Part shown: positions 47,583-57,392 of the stretch, piece by piece
Layout of the letters: each line of letters starts with the position of its first letter
Position numbering within the stretch: the first letter of the stretch is position 1
From: Candidatus Woesearchaeota archaeon
GTDB lineage: Archaea > Nanobdellota > Nanobdellia > Woesearchaeales > SKGA01
Assembly: GCA_016926395.1 (NCBI GenBank)
Contig: JAFGOT010000014.1
Location: forward strand, 1-64,000
Reading direction: 5' to 3'
Length of the DNA: 64,000 nucleotides
Notes under the pieces: model-generated
The model's database searches: none
Told to the model about the DNA's origin: nothing
The model's input: only the letters and a program-made list of their open reading frames with translations
Made by a program: the position numbers and the translations under genes

Positions 47583-48260
47583 ATGAGGATATTAAATGTA
47601 GATGCTCCGCTATGGTTTATACAGTGTGAGATAGGAATTCAACTAATTTTTGCCATCGTAACGCTTCTAGTGGCTTTTTATGCATACAGAGTGTATAGAA
47701 TTGCTAGACAAAAAAATTCTTTTTATCTTGGCGCCGGATTCTTAAGCATAAGCATCGCATACTTCATACAAGCTTTTTTTAACTTTTTATTACTAAGACG
47801 AGTGACGACTTGTGGTTTCTTAAGTTTCATGGCAGGACACCCTGTTCAGTCAACAATGACTTTAAGTGTATTGGTGGTTTTTTTACACATGGTGTTTATG
47901 GTGGCAGGATTTTCAGTACTATCATATATAACACTAAAAGAAAGAAACATAAAATCATTTTACTTAATACTTGCATTATCTATTGCATCGCTTGTTTTTG
48001 CAGCAAATATGTCGATAATGTTTTATGTCTTACTAACAATAATGTTAGCATTTATTACAATACAGTATAGTTTAAGGTTTAACAAAAAACCAACTACAGA
48101 TACATTCATCGTGTTCTTAGGTTTTGGCATGGTGTTTTTAGGAACAATACAACTAGCACTGGCATCAGCTCTTGGTGCACTTTACGTTTCAGGTCACATA
48201 GTAACTTTAGCAGGTTATTTTTTACTATTAATCAATTTAATGAGAGTGGTTAGAAAATAA
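47583..48260 (+). CDS. Multi-pass (~7 TM) membrane protein, putative sensor
   Basis: About seven hydrophobic segments; directly upstream of a winged-helix gene. Confidence 0.7.
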   Translation: MRILNVDAPLWFIQCEIGIQLIFAIVTLLVAFYAYRVYRIARQKNSFYLGAGFLSISIAYFIQAFFNFLLLRRVTTCGFLSFMAGHPVQSTMTLSVLVVFLHMVFMVAGFSVLSYITLKERNIKSFYLILALSIASLVFAANMSIMFYVLLTIMLAFITIQYSLRFNKKPTTDTFIVFLGFGMVFLGTIQLALASALGALYVSGHIVTLAGYFLLLINLMRVVRK

Positions 48261-48356
48261 TTGTTGTTAATTTTTTTTAGGTGAGTTTATCTTTTTTATT
48301 TGAGGTCAAAGTGTGCAAAAATAAATCATTTTTGAACATTTTAACAGGAGTTAAAA

Positions 48357-48650
48357 GTGAGTAAAAAACGAGGTCGTTTACAAATAATTTATGACATATT
48401 ACAGGCAGTTCGAGCTAAAGGCGGAACTATAAAACCAACTCACTTATTATACAAATCAAACTTATCTCATCAAATGATGGGTGAATACTTAAAAGAATTA
48501 ATGGGGAAAAACTTCATAAAAGAAGAAGTGGGACCTAAAGGAAAATCAAAAGTTTATGTTCTAGCACCAAAAGGTTATGACTATCTAACTGAATACAAAA
48601 CAGTAACTAGATTTGTAGAATCATTTGGATTAGAAGATGAAGAAGTTTAA
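48357..48650 (+). CDS. Archaeal winged-helix DNA-binding protein (HTH_45-like)
   Basis: RGRLQIIYDILQAV..KPTHLLYKSNLSHQMMGEYLKELM..Y.L..KG. Confidence 0.85.
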   Translation: MSKKRGRLQIIYDILQAVRAKGGTIKPTHLLYKSNLSHQMMGEYLKELMGKNFIKEEVGPKGKSKVYVLAPKGYDYLTEYKTVTRFVESFGLEDEEV

Positions 48651-50647
48651 ACCATAACAACATCGTGTTCTGATTTTATACCATAAATAAATACATAATT
48701 CCAAAATATTCCTTTCCATCGACCAATTTTTACAGCAAAACCTGCACGACGAAATTCTGCTCTTAGTTGATCAAGGTTATTAGACCAAGAAGAGTTAGGA
48801 ATAAAACCAAAGAAGTCACTGAATTCAACAAAACAAATTTCTCCATGTTCAGGAAGGGTTTGAGCCATATCTTTTAAGACTAGATGAATATTTTGAATAT
48901 AATCAAGAGAACCGATTGAAATGATAGCATCAACTTCGTGAATACTTGGATGAAGACGACTAATAAGATGTTCATCATGGATTGGTTCAATATTTACTAT
49001 TCCTTTTTTCTTAGCACGCTTCTTGATAATTTCAACATTTCCTTCGGATAAATCAACAGGAATAACTTTACCTTGAGGGCCAACAACATTTGCTAAGTCA
49101 AGACTTAAAGTTCCAACAGTAGCATGAAAATCAACAACTGTCTTGCCATGTAAATCTTTAAACTCTCCAATAATTTTTTTACGAAGACTTCTTGGAAGAT
49201 TATACTCCTCAAAGAAAACCGCGAATCGAGCAAAACGATTATTCATTTTTCTAGTCGCTTCAGGATTATAAAATAAAATAAGCAATACGTAAACAGGAAT
49301 ACCAACAGCAATTAAACTAACTGCTTTCCAAATAAGATGAACTTCTCCAGTCAAACGCATATATGAGAAAATAAGTAACCCAAAGATACCAACAAGAATA
49401 AACGGTCCAATACTTCCAAAAGGGAGTTTGAAAGGACGTTCAAGTTCTACATACTTTTTTCTAAAAATAGGGATGGTTATCATTGTCAAACTAAGAACCA
49501 CAAGAACCAAAAGTAAGAAAACTTCATGAATTAATTTGTATGGATCATGATGATGTCTCATGTATAAAAAAAACATGAAAGCAGTAAAAATGGAGATTGC
49601 TATGCTTTGAAATAAAATACTTCGGTGAGGGGTTTTGAATTTTTTGTGAAGCTCTGTAAAACTTTCAAGTAAAAGACGGTCTCTTGCTAAACTTCTAAGA
49701 AGGTTAGGACCGATGAAAATCCAGACTAGAGCGGGTGTGATAATCATAAATGCAGTGCCTAAAAATAGTGCTTGCTGAGCTATAGTTCCGTGCCAAAGAG
49801 TACTTAGAATATCTTTGTGAGGTATTAGGGCTGAAGAATATTTATTAATTGGAAACATACCAATAGAACCAATAACGTAGATTAAAGTGGTTACTGCTGC
49901 AACTGATAGTGCTGCTATGATTGCTTTAGGAATGGTTCGTCTAGATTTTGCTTCTTCTGATAAGAATGTGATAATTTCCATTCCCATAAAGGCCTCAGAA
50001 ATAATAAATGTTGTAGCAAATAAAATAAGAAGACTAAACCCTGAGGTCTGACCAAACAAACTAAAAAAATTACTAACCGCACCAGTTGAACTAAGAGAGA
50101 TTGCTTCGATATTAAAAAATAACGGAAGAATCTGAAGGACTACTACGGACACTGTAATTATTGATAGAATGACAAGAACTAACTTGTTTAAAGTTAATCC
50201 TCTAAAAACTAGGAAGTTAAGAAGAGCAATGATTGCAATACCAACTGCAAGTTTAAACAAATAATCCATCATGGTATTTGCAGGATAAAAATATTCTAAA
50301 GCCCAAACAACAGCTAAACTAGCACTGATGTTTCCTGCAATCCAAGAAGTCCAACCAACAATGAATGCCGTGAAGTGACCGTATGCTTTTTTTGCATAAA
50401 CATACAGGTCGCCTGCTTTTGGAAACATAGAAACCAGTTCTGCTAACGCCATAGCAATATAAAGACCAATACCAAAAGTTACAAGCCAAGCAATAAGCGA
50501 TCTAGCGCCCATCATTTGAACACCAAGACCTGGAAGATATGTTAACGAGCTTGCAAAAATAGCGTTAAGAGTGATAAGAAAAATAACTCCAAAACCAACT
50601 TTTCTTCTAGTTGGCACTCCTTCAACTACGCCCTCGTTTTCAATCAT
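48647..50647 (-). CDS. APC-family amino acid permease fused to a C-terminal class I methyltransferase-like domain (copy 1)
   Basis: AELVSMFPKAGDLYVY, AFMGME, RSLARDRLL..LHKKFKTP. C-terminal VVDFHATVG...VDLSEG...DEHLISRLHP..DAIISIG. Confidence 0.82.
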   Translation of the reverse strand: MIENEGVVEGVPTRRKVGFGVIFLITLNAIFASSLTYLPGLGVQMMGARSLIAWLVTFGIGLYIAMALAELVSMFPKAGDLYVYAKKAYGHFTAFIVGWTSWIAGNISASLAVVWALEYFYPANTMMDYLFKLAVGIAIIALLNFLVFRGLTLNKLVLVILSIITVSVVVLQILPLFFNIEAISLSSTGAVSNFFSLFGQTSGFSLLILFATTFIISEAFMGMEIITFLSEEAKSRRTIPKAIIAALSVAAVTTLIYVIGSIGMFPINKYSSALIPHKDILSTLWHGTIAQQALFLGTAFMIITPALVWIFIGPNLLRSLARDRLLLESFTELHKKFKTPHRSILFQSIAISIFTAFMFFLYMRHHHDPYKLIHEVFLLLVLVVLSLTMITIPIFRKKYVELERPFKLPFGSIGPFILVGIFGLLIFSYMRLTGEVHLIWKAVSLIAVGIPVYVLLILFYNPEATRKMNNRFARFAVFFEEYNLPRSLRKKIIGEFKDLHGKTVVDFHATVGTLSLDLANVVGPQGKVIPVDLSEGNVEIIKKRAKKKGIVNIEPIHDEHLISRLHPSIHEVDAIISIGSLDYIQNIHLVLKDMAQTLPEHGEICFVEFSDFFGFIPNSSWSNNLDQLRAEFRRAGFAVKIGRWKGIFWNYVFIYGIKSEHDVVMV

Positions 50648-50666
50648 ATGCTAATCAGAATTCAGT

Positions 50667-51626
50667 ATGAAATCTTTTATTTATAAATACTATGCTAAGA
50701 AATATAAGAGAAACCAAATTTTGAACCTTTGTTGGGGACTAAGGGTAACATTTGATAGAGAACAAGCAAAAAAAGTCTTAATAAAACCTTTCAAAGAAAA
50801 AGGACGGACATTTATTGAAGAAAATGGTGATTTACAATATCCAAGATTGTTTTTTAACAAATTATCAAAGTCAGAAACTCAAGAAAGATTAACATTACTA
50901 ACTTATTTCTATGTGTTATTTGATACGCAAAAACAATCAAGATATCACTATAGAGATATGCTTAAATTATATGTTGCTGATAATAATTTTCTCACACTAG
51001 AAAATATATTGAAAAGAAACCATGAACAAGCTAAAAAATTTGTAACCAATAATTTAGGGACGATGGCAAAAAAAGGCGTTTATCTTATTGATGGTTACAC
51101 CCGAATAAAAACCGAGTATGATTCGAACATCATGAATCTTGTTGATAAAGATGTAGCAATAACACAAAAAAGAATAGAAGCAATGCCAGGATTTGGAGAT
51201 CAAGTAGCGGGATTGTTCTTACATACTTTACGTGATAATAAAATATTCAAATTTGAAAATGAGGAAGACTTATGTCCGAAAGTGGATTTTCATGATTATA
51301 ATTTAGGAGTTTCAACAGGAATAATAAAAGATCTCCATGGAGAAACACCCCAAACAAGAAAAACATTATACTCTCAATTTTTAAGAGACTTAGCAAAAGA
51401 AGAAAACATAAATATTTTTGATTTGGATTCTTACATGTGGGCAATAGGACAAATATGTGTTCAAAAAAATATTTCTCTTTGTGAATATCAATGTCCTTTA
51501 TCTAGTTTGTATGAAGGACCAAGAACATTCTATCTAAAAAATGATTACAGCGAAAAAGCAACAACAAAAAAGAATAAAAAAATTGCAGATGAACTACAAG
51601 TAAAATTAGGATTTAAGTTTGATTGA
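50667..51626 (+). CDS. HhH-GPD superfamily DNA glycosylase-like protein
   Basis: HhH IEAMPGFGDQVA; CPKVDFH; LDSYMWAIGQIC..C.YQCPL. Start uncertain: only 19 bp from the divergent start, with a TATA-like sequence inside the first codons. Confidence 0.65.
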   Translation: MKSFIYKYYAKKYKRNQILNLCWGLRVTFDREQAKKVLIKPFKEKGRTFIEENGDLQYPRLFFNKLSKSETQERLTLLTYFYVLFDTQKQSRYHYRDMLKLYVADNNFLTLENILKRNHEQAKKFVTNNLGTMAKKGVYLIDGYTRIKTEYDSNIMNLVDKDVAITQKRIEAMPGFGDQVAGLFLHTLRDNKIFKFENEEDLCPKVDFHDYNLGVSTGIIKDLHGETPQTRKTLYSQFLRDLAKEENINIFDLDSYMWAIGQICVQKNISLCEYQCPLSSLYEGPRTFYLKNDYSEKATTKKNKKIADELQVKLGFKFD

Positions 51627-51628
51627 TC

Positions 51629-52180
51629 TCATCTATTCTTATAGAGAATTTTTGCGAAATCATGCAAGTCAACTATTCTATTTGCAAACAATTCAAAACC
51701 TTCATACCCTTCTAAATTTTGATTAACCAAACCAACAGGTTGATACTTTGCAAGCTCAATTAATTTATTTCCATTTTTTGGAGAACAAAAACCCCAAACA
51801 TAAGGATGGTGTTCAGGGAGTGTGCTATTAAGACCAACAGAACTAGAAACCGTAACATACCCTGAGGCATTAAGAGCAGTAACAAGACTAACAATACCAA
51901 TTTCGGCAGGGATAGAAAAATCAATCTCATCTGCGAACTCTTCTAGTATTGATTCAAAATCAACAGGATTGGAAGAGAATTTAGCTGCTTCTATAAGAAA
52001 TTCCTTTTCTTTATCAACCATTAAATGATAATCAAACCAATCATAACCACGAGCATCATTATAATCTTCATTAATAACAATACCTTTACTTTCCAAAAAA
52101 CTCTCGGGAGGAATTTTTAATTTGCTTGTTTTAAGAGATTGTTCTAAATTAATATCAAAATAAGGATACCACATAATCAA
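51629..52180 (-). CDS. Hypothetical protein
   Basis: 183-aa ORF coupled (ATGA overlap) to the upstream gene; no motif recognised. Confidence 0.55.
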   Translation of the reverse strand: MIMWYPYFDINLEQSLKTSKLKIPPESFLESKGIVINEDYNDARGYDWFDYHLMVDKEKEFLIEAAKFSSNPVDFESILEEFADEIDFSIPAEIGIVSLVTALNASGYVTVSSSVGLNSTLPEHHPYVWGFCSPKNGNKLIELAKYQPVGLVNQNLEGYEGFELFANRIVDLHDFAKILYKNR

Positions 52181-52851
52181 TCACCAATCCTTCTAACTCT
52201 AGCACCAATGTTAAAAAGTTGAAGAATTTTAGTTTTAGCATCAACAGATTTAGGAATAAAATATTCTCCCTTTCGTTCACTAAAAACAACTAATCCATCT
52301 TCGAGCAAAAATTTATCTTTTTCATCTTGAGCATAAGGAAGAATATTTCCTTTGTAAAATAAATTAAAATAATTATTCTCTTCTTCTTCCATAAAAATAT
52401 TATATGAAAGACCAAAATTAACCATTTTATTAGTATCGGCAACTCTATTGCTAATTAAATTTTCAAGAGTCTCAATTGGTGTAAGAACATCTTTGTTATA
52501 TGTTGTTTTTTCTAAAGCAACTTTATCCAAACGAGACTCTCCTTTGATAACAACGTAGTTATCAAGATGCCAACAAGAATCCTTTTTTGAATAAAAAAAC
52601 TTTTCAAGCAAATCATCATTTTCACTAGTTTCAATATATGTAGAATCATTAGGCATAAAATATGTATAAGATATATCAACAAAACGATTAATATCAATCG
52701 ATAATTTACGTTCTTCTTGATTATAAGAAATATCTCCAAGATGAGTGTTAAACATCCCAAAACGAATATCATAATTAAAAGTTTGAGCAAAACCAGACTG
52801 GAGAGTAAAAACTGTAGCCGCTGTAATAAGAGACTTCTTTAACCAATTCAT
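52177..52851 (-). CDS. Secreted hypothetical beta-rich protein
   Basis: Signal peptide ending GFA^Q; aromatic beta-strand pattern. Confidence 0.55.
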   Translation of the reverse strand: MNWLKKSLITAATVFTLQSGFAQTFNYDIRFGMFNTHLGDISYNQEERKLSIDINRFVDISYTYFMPNDSTYIETSENDDLLEKFFYSKKDSCWHLDNYVVIKGESRLDKVALEKTTYNKDVLTPIETLENLISNRVADTNKMVNFGLSYNIFMEEEENNYFNLFYKGNILPYAQDEKDKFLLEDGLVVFSERKGEYFIPKSVDAKTKILQLFNIGARVRRIGD

Positions 52852-53064
52852 TAAAGAGAGAAGAATAAATTAGGGTTTTTAAGGGTGTTGATTGAGTTAA
52901 AAAGAGGCTTTATTTTATTATATGTTGGAGAGAAGATTCATTTTACTACAAATATCAAAAACTTGTTTTTGTTAGATTTGTTAAAATGTCCCAATAATCT
53001 TTGATTATTGAGGATGAACTGTTGAGGTTCACTCTATACGTTATTACGTTTCAAAGAAATGGGA

Positions 53065-53139
53065 TAGCGGAGAGAGGATTTGAACCTCCGACCTCGGGGT
53101 TATGAGCCCCGCGAGCACTCCTGACTGCTCCACCCCGCT
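53065..53139 (-). tRNA. Initiator tRNA-Met(CAT)
   Basis: AGCGGGGTGGAGCAGTCAGGAGTGCTCGCGGGGCTCATAACCCCGAGGTCGGAGGTTCAAATCCTCTCTCCGCTA: cloverleaf, CAT anticodon, A1-U72 pair, consecutive G-C pairs in the anticodon stem. No intron; CCA not encoded. Confidence 0.96.
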
Positions 53140-53293
53140 ATAAAAAGGATAAATCTAGGAAGGAGAGGGCTATTTAAAAAGCTTTGCTTGAAAAGGGCTT
53201 TATTTGTCGCTTTTTTAACTTTTTTAGAATTAGATATTACTAAGAAAAAAGAAAAGAAAGGAAAAAGAGTTTGCGCGAAGTTTTGAGTTGTTC

Positions 53294-53446
53294 TTAGGCT
53301 AGTGCGTCTAGGTAACCTCTCATGAACGCTTCTTCTTCAGGATCTATCTCGTCGTTATAGATCTCCTCTTCTATGATTTGCAAGTCATAGAAGTCCTCTT
53401 CATCTATTTCTCGTTTTAACTCTTGAAGCTCTGATTGGAATTTCAT
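53294..53446 (-). CDS. Small acidic protein (50 aa, missed by ORF track), paralogue of 47261-47434
   Basis: MKFQSELQELKREIDEEDFYDLQIIEEEIYNDEIDPEEEAFMRGYLDALA; GGAGGTG RBS 7 nt upstream. Confidence 0.75.
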   Translation of the reverse strand: MKFQSELQELKREIDEEDFYDLQIIEEEIYNDEIDPEEEAFMRGYLDALA

Positions 53447-53531
53447 CCCATACCACCTCCTGAGCTTTTATAATATTTATACTACAAAAACTGATATAAA
53501 TAGTTTGCGAAGGACTAATTTTCACGCTATT

Positions 53532-53855
53532 TTAGTGCAATTTTTTATTAAAATAAACCTTGCTTATTTTGACGTTAAAATAGTCTCCATCTTTTAATTG
53601 TAAAACGTTTTTTACAAATGGATTTACAGAAATCCTATTTGAAGAATCAATTTGTTGATAGTCATAAATTCCTTCGTATGTTGTTTTATTATTTTCTGGA
53701 AGGATGTATTCAAGATGGATGTAGTCATTGGTTTTTAGACTTAAAAGCTCTCTTGTTGTAATTGGTATTGTTGCACGTTTGGTATTGTCTGTAACTTTAA
53801 GAGTTATTTTTTCTGTTCGAGGAGAATGCATTAAACCTTCAAGATCTTCATTCAT
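53532..53855 (-). CDS. Tandem AbrB/MraZ-like swapped-hairpin DNA-binding protein
   Basis: Two units: KVTDNTKRATIP..RELLSLKTNDYIHL and QIDSSNRISV..KNVLQLKDGDYFNV. Confidence 0.7.
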   Translation of the reverse strand: MNEDLEGLMHSPRTEKITLKVTDNTKRATIPITTRELLSLKTNDYIHLEYILPENNKTTYEGIYDYQQIDSSNRISVNPFVKNVLQLKDGDYFNVKISKVYFNKKLH

Positions 53856-53964
53856 AGAACGATGAAAATTAAAATAGAAATAAAAAGGTGAGCATTATTG
53901 CTCTTTATCAAAAAAAGCTTTTTGCTCTTTTAGATAAAAATGGAAGAGGAAGTCATCCCATTCA

Positions 53965-54315
53965 TCAGAAGACATATCCTTCCTCCTCCACTGTCCTAGT
54001 GTATCCAAGTCGTTCACCATCGAAATCAAAGTGGGTGAAATACTCTTTGATTGTGCTCCAGTCCGGTTTAGTGCTTAAGAGCCATTTTAGAACGTGTTCT
54101 GTATAACAATAAGCACAAACATTCATACGATTATTACTGACGATGCAAAAGTCGTCTCCACTAACCTTCAGTGGAATAATCTCAGCAGATGCTTCGTAAA
54201 AAGATTCTAACATCTGTGGTCTTGACTCTTGTAGCCAAGTCGCTATTTGTTCTTCTATCCTCTGGGGTGACAGAGGGTTTGTTATTTGTTCTTCACATAG
54301 AACACAGGCTCCCAT
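53965..54315 (-). CDS. Hypothetical Cys-rich (Zn-binding) protein
   Basis: CVLC at the N-terminus, C..CAYC centrally; GAGGT RBS. Confidence 0.65.
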   Translation of the reverse strand: MGACVLCEEQITNPLSPQRIEEQIATWLQESRPQMLESFYEASAEIIPLKVSGDDFCIVSNNRMNVCAYCYTEHVLKWLLSTKPDWSTIKEYFTHFDFDGERLGYTRTVEEEGYVF

Positions 54316-54784
54316 TTTTTTTTACCTCATTTTGTTTAGCTTATTTATGGGTTCTTAGAAATTGTTTGTCGATATGCAAAAAACCAGAAGCGGACTGTCT
54401 TCTATAGAAATCGAATTTCAACTTTAGAATTAGTTTTTGCTTTCCTTGGTTGTCGTTCGATTTCCGGTTTTTCGGTTCGATTTACAACATCCAAGGATTC
54501 ATAAACGCTTTATTATCAATGGATAGCTTACTAACTACATCAAAGACCACGCAGGTTAGCCGATAATGTAGATTCATATCCATTATAATTTATTTTTTGT
54601 GATGGTCATATTTAAACATTTCGTAAATATTGTTTTTTTCAATTAACTTTTCTTCGTTATTTTTTACTATCTTAGTATACAAAAAAGGCCAAAAAATAGA
54701 AATGTTTATAAACTATTTTTCCCAGTTTCCAATCAATCCTATTAATAAACGCTAGTTTAGCGCGAAATTGAGGTGTGAATTAAC

Positions 54785-55324
54785 ATGATGAAAAATATGA
54801 AAGGACAAGCAGCTATGGAGTTCTTAATGACCTATGGTTGGGCAATTCTTGTTGTACTATTAGCAATTGGTGCTCTAGCAGCATTCGGTGTATTTAATTT
54901 AGACAAATACGCAGCATCAACTTCAGGTTTTGAAGGACAAAAAATGGCTGCAGTAAACGATGGTATGGTAATTAGTTTATCTGGCAATTACGTTGAAATC
55001 GCTTTAACAAACCAAGTTGGAACATCTGTAACATTACCTTTAACAGGTACTTTAGTTCCTGAACCAGGTACTGTTTGTACATTAAATCCTGCTGGTGCTG
55101 TTACTGCAACTTACAAAGATCCTGCAACAGGAAACTATACTGCTTTGGATTCAGCTACTATTCTTAGACAAGGAGATACTTTTGTAGTGCGATGGTCTTG
55201 TAATGGTGCAGCAAGTGCATCTCAAGGAGACGCATTCGAAGCAACTTTAACATTCGATTACATCAACGTTGAAACTGGTCAATCTAGAACAATGACTGGA
55301 ACAACTAGAGGACGATACGAATAA
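54785..55324 (+). CDS. Probable major type IV-like pilin
   Basis: KGQ^AAMEFLMTYGWAILVV class III signal; Cys pair; GAGGTG RBS; own TATA box and downstream terminator. Confidence 0.85.
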   Translation: MMKNMKGQAAMEFLMTYGWAILVVLLAIGALAAFGVFNLDKYAASTSGFEGQKMAAVNDGMVISLSGNYVEIALTNQVGTSVTLPLTGTLVPEPGTVCTLNPAGAVTATYKDPATGNYTALDSATILRQGDTFVVRWSCNGAASASQGDAFEATLTFDYINVETGQSRTMTGTTRGRYE

Positions 55325-55390
55325 ACCTTAACAGGTTAACTGTGATCAGAAATCTGTGATCAGTTACTTTTTTTCTTTTTCTTTTTTCTA
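55324..55390 (+). terminator. Hairpins + T tract after the major pilin
   Basis: AACCT-TAAC-AGGTT; AACTG...CAGTT enclosing a direct repeat CTGTGATCAG (55340, 55354); long T run. Confidence 0.55.
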
Positions 55391-55434
55391 ATTCTTAATA
55401 ACATTTAAAAATAGGTGATTTGATTTTTGACTTT

Positions 55435-57343
55435 ATGGAAGAAGGAGCACAATTATCATTTCCAGTAATATTGCTAATCACAATAAATAGTATACTGGGG
55501 ACTGGAATATTTTTTCTTACCTGCAGTAGGTGCTAGAGAGGCAGGTTTGTTTGCTATTATTTCTTGGCTTATAATGGGTTTGATTGCTATAATGTATAGT
55601 ATGGTTTTTGGTGAATTGGTTAGTCGTTATCCAAAAGAAGGTGGTGTTTTTGAATATGCAAAGGAGGCGTTTGGATTCTTCCCTAGTTTTTTGCTTGGTT
55701 GGATGACTTTAATTGCAGCTAATGTAACTATTGCAATGCTTATGGTTGGGGCAATAAAATATGTCGGTCCAAACTTGAGTAATTTATTCATAGCAGGAAT
55801 AAGTATTCTATTTATTTTGGCATTTAATTTTGTTGCTTTTAAGGGGTTGAAAACGGGCAAAGTAATGTTATTAACTTTTGCAGGCATAACATTAGTTGCT
55901 GTTTTGGGAATATTAATTCCTGGACTAATAAACTTTAATCCTGCTAATTTCACTAATTGGTTATCTCATGAAAGTTTTGCTGGTTTTGGATTTAATGTTT
56001 CAGGGTTAGTAGGTGGCTCAGTGATTATTTTTGGAACTATTTTTTTTATTGCAGAAACTTTTTTCGGTTGGGAAACTGTTACTTTTTTAGCAGAGCAAGT
56101 TAAAAACCCAAAAAAAATAATGCCTAATGCATTAGTCAAAGGAACTGTTTTGATTTCGATTTTTTCATTATTATTCGTGATTGCAAGTAAAAGTATTTTA
56201 CATTGGAGTGTTTTAGCAAATTCTTCAACTCCTTTAGCTGATCTTGCAAGTGCTGTTTATGGACCTGCAATGATTCCTGTGTACAGCATCTTAGTTTATC
56301 TAGCGATAATTGGTAGTGTGGCGGGGTGGATAGTTGCGGCTCCAAATCTACTTGTAGCTTTGGCAAAAGATAAATTATTTATTCCTTCTTTTGCAAAAAA
56401 GCACCCTAAAACAGGAACTCCTTACAAAGCAATATTATTTCAAACAATTGTAACTTCTGTATTGGTAATAATTGGAGCTGGAAGTTATGAAACTCTTCTT
56501 CACTTATTAGTTCCTTTAGTTTTGGTTTTATATGGCAGTGTTGTCTTAAGTTTATTATATATTAGAAAGAAAAACAAAGAGTTTGATGGATATAAAGCTC
56601 CTGGTGGTTTAGTATTGCCCATTTTTCTTTTACTATTCACTTTAGCTTTGGTTTTGATGTGGGGTTTTCAAGAGCATAATGCTATAGAAACTGTTGAAGT
56701 ATTAATCACTTTTCTAGTTTTAGGAATTCCTGTATTTTTGTTGATGAATTTCCATCACAATCCTCATGCAAGTGTTACTTTTCAGAATAAAACAGTTGGA
56801 CTTTCGAAATTTCTGGAAAGGTTATTTTTGCCTAAAAAAATACGAGTTAGACTTCTTGAAAAAATGGAGAATCACCACAAGGTGTTGTTTTTAGGGGCCG
56901 GATCTGGAATTTTAATAAAAGAATCTTCTATTCCCAAAGAGAACATAATTGTGATTGAACATTCTGAAAGTTTAGCTAATCATTTAAAAAACCGTTTTCC
57001 GACAATAGCGGTTATTCATGATGAACACGCAGTATCAAGATTACACCCTGACATAAAAAAAGCTGATGTTGTTGTTAGTGTAGGGATGCTTGCTCATATA
57101 CAAAGTTTATCGATGCATCTAAAACAGTTACATAATATCCTTCCAGAGAATGCTTTGATACGTTTTTTTGACTATTCAAAATTTTATAAAGTAATATCTA
57201 ATAATATTCCCGAAATTGATGAGCTAAAGAAAGTTTTTAGAGAAAACGGATTTTCAGTTAGGGTTGAAGAAATAAAAGGTATTTTTTGGAATTATTTGAT
57301 AATAGAAGGCGTTAAAACTGATTTAGATGTTGTTTATATGTGA
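55435..57343 (+). pseudogene. APC permease-methyltransferase-like fusion (copy 2) with one extra base in a T6 tract at the 5' end
   Basis: MEEGAQLSFPVILLITINSILGTGIF runs into TAG at 55534; removing one T at 55510-55515 gives GTGIFFLPAVG continuous with the 598-aa ORF. C-terminal VLFLGAGSG, DEHAVSRLHP. Confidence 0.85.
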
Positions 57344-57392
57344 TTTTTATTAATCGTTACTTTTAAATAATCTCTCGCTTCAAAACAATCTA

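Noticed and set aside
47583-48260. Microbial rhodopsin
   Set aside because: About seven TM helices, but no retinal-binding Lys motif (DxxxK) in the last helix.
23516-48650. Short overlaps of convergent gene ends (23516-23529, 45435-45438, 48647-48650)
   Set aside because: Common in compact archaeal genomes; no evidence of a special function.
50667-53139. Provirus or integrative element at tRNA-iMet
   Set aside because: No integrase, no duplicated tRNA 3' end found by eye, and no viral structural or replication genes in the window.
54477-54583. 33-codon minus-strand ORF (MDMNLHYRLTCVVFDVV...) upstream of the major pilin
   Set aside because: No RBS, no recognisable motif, and a length expected by chance.
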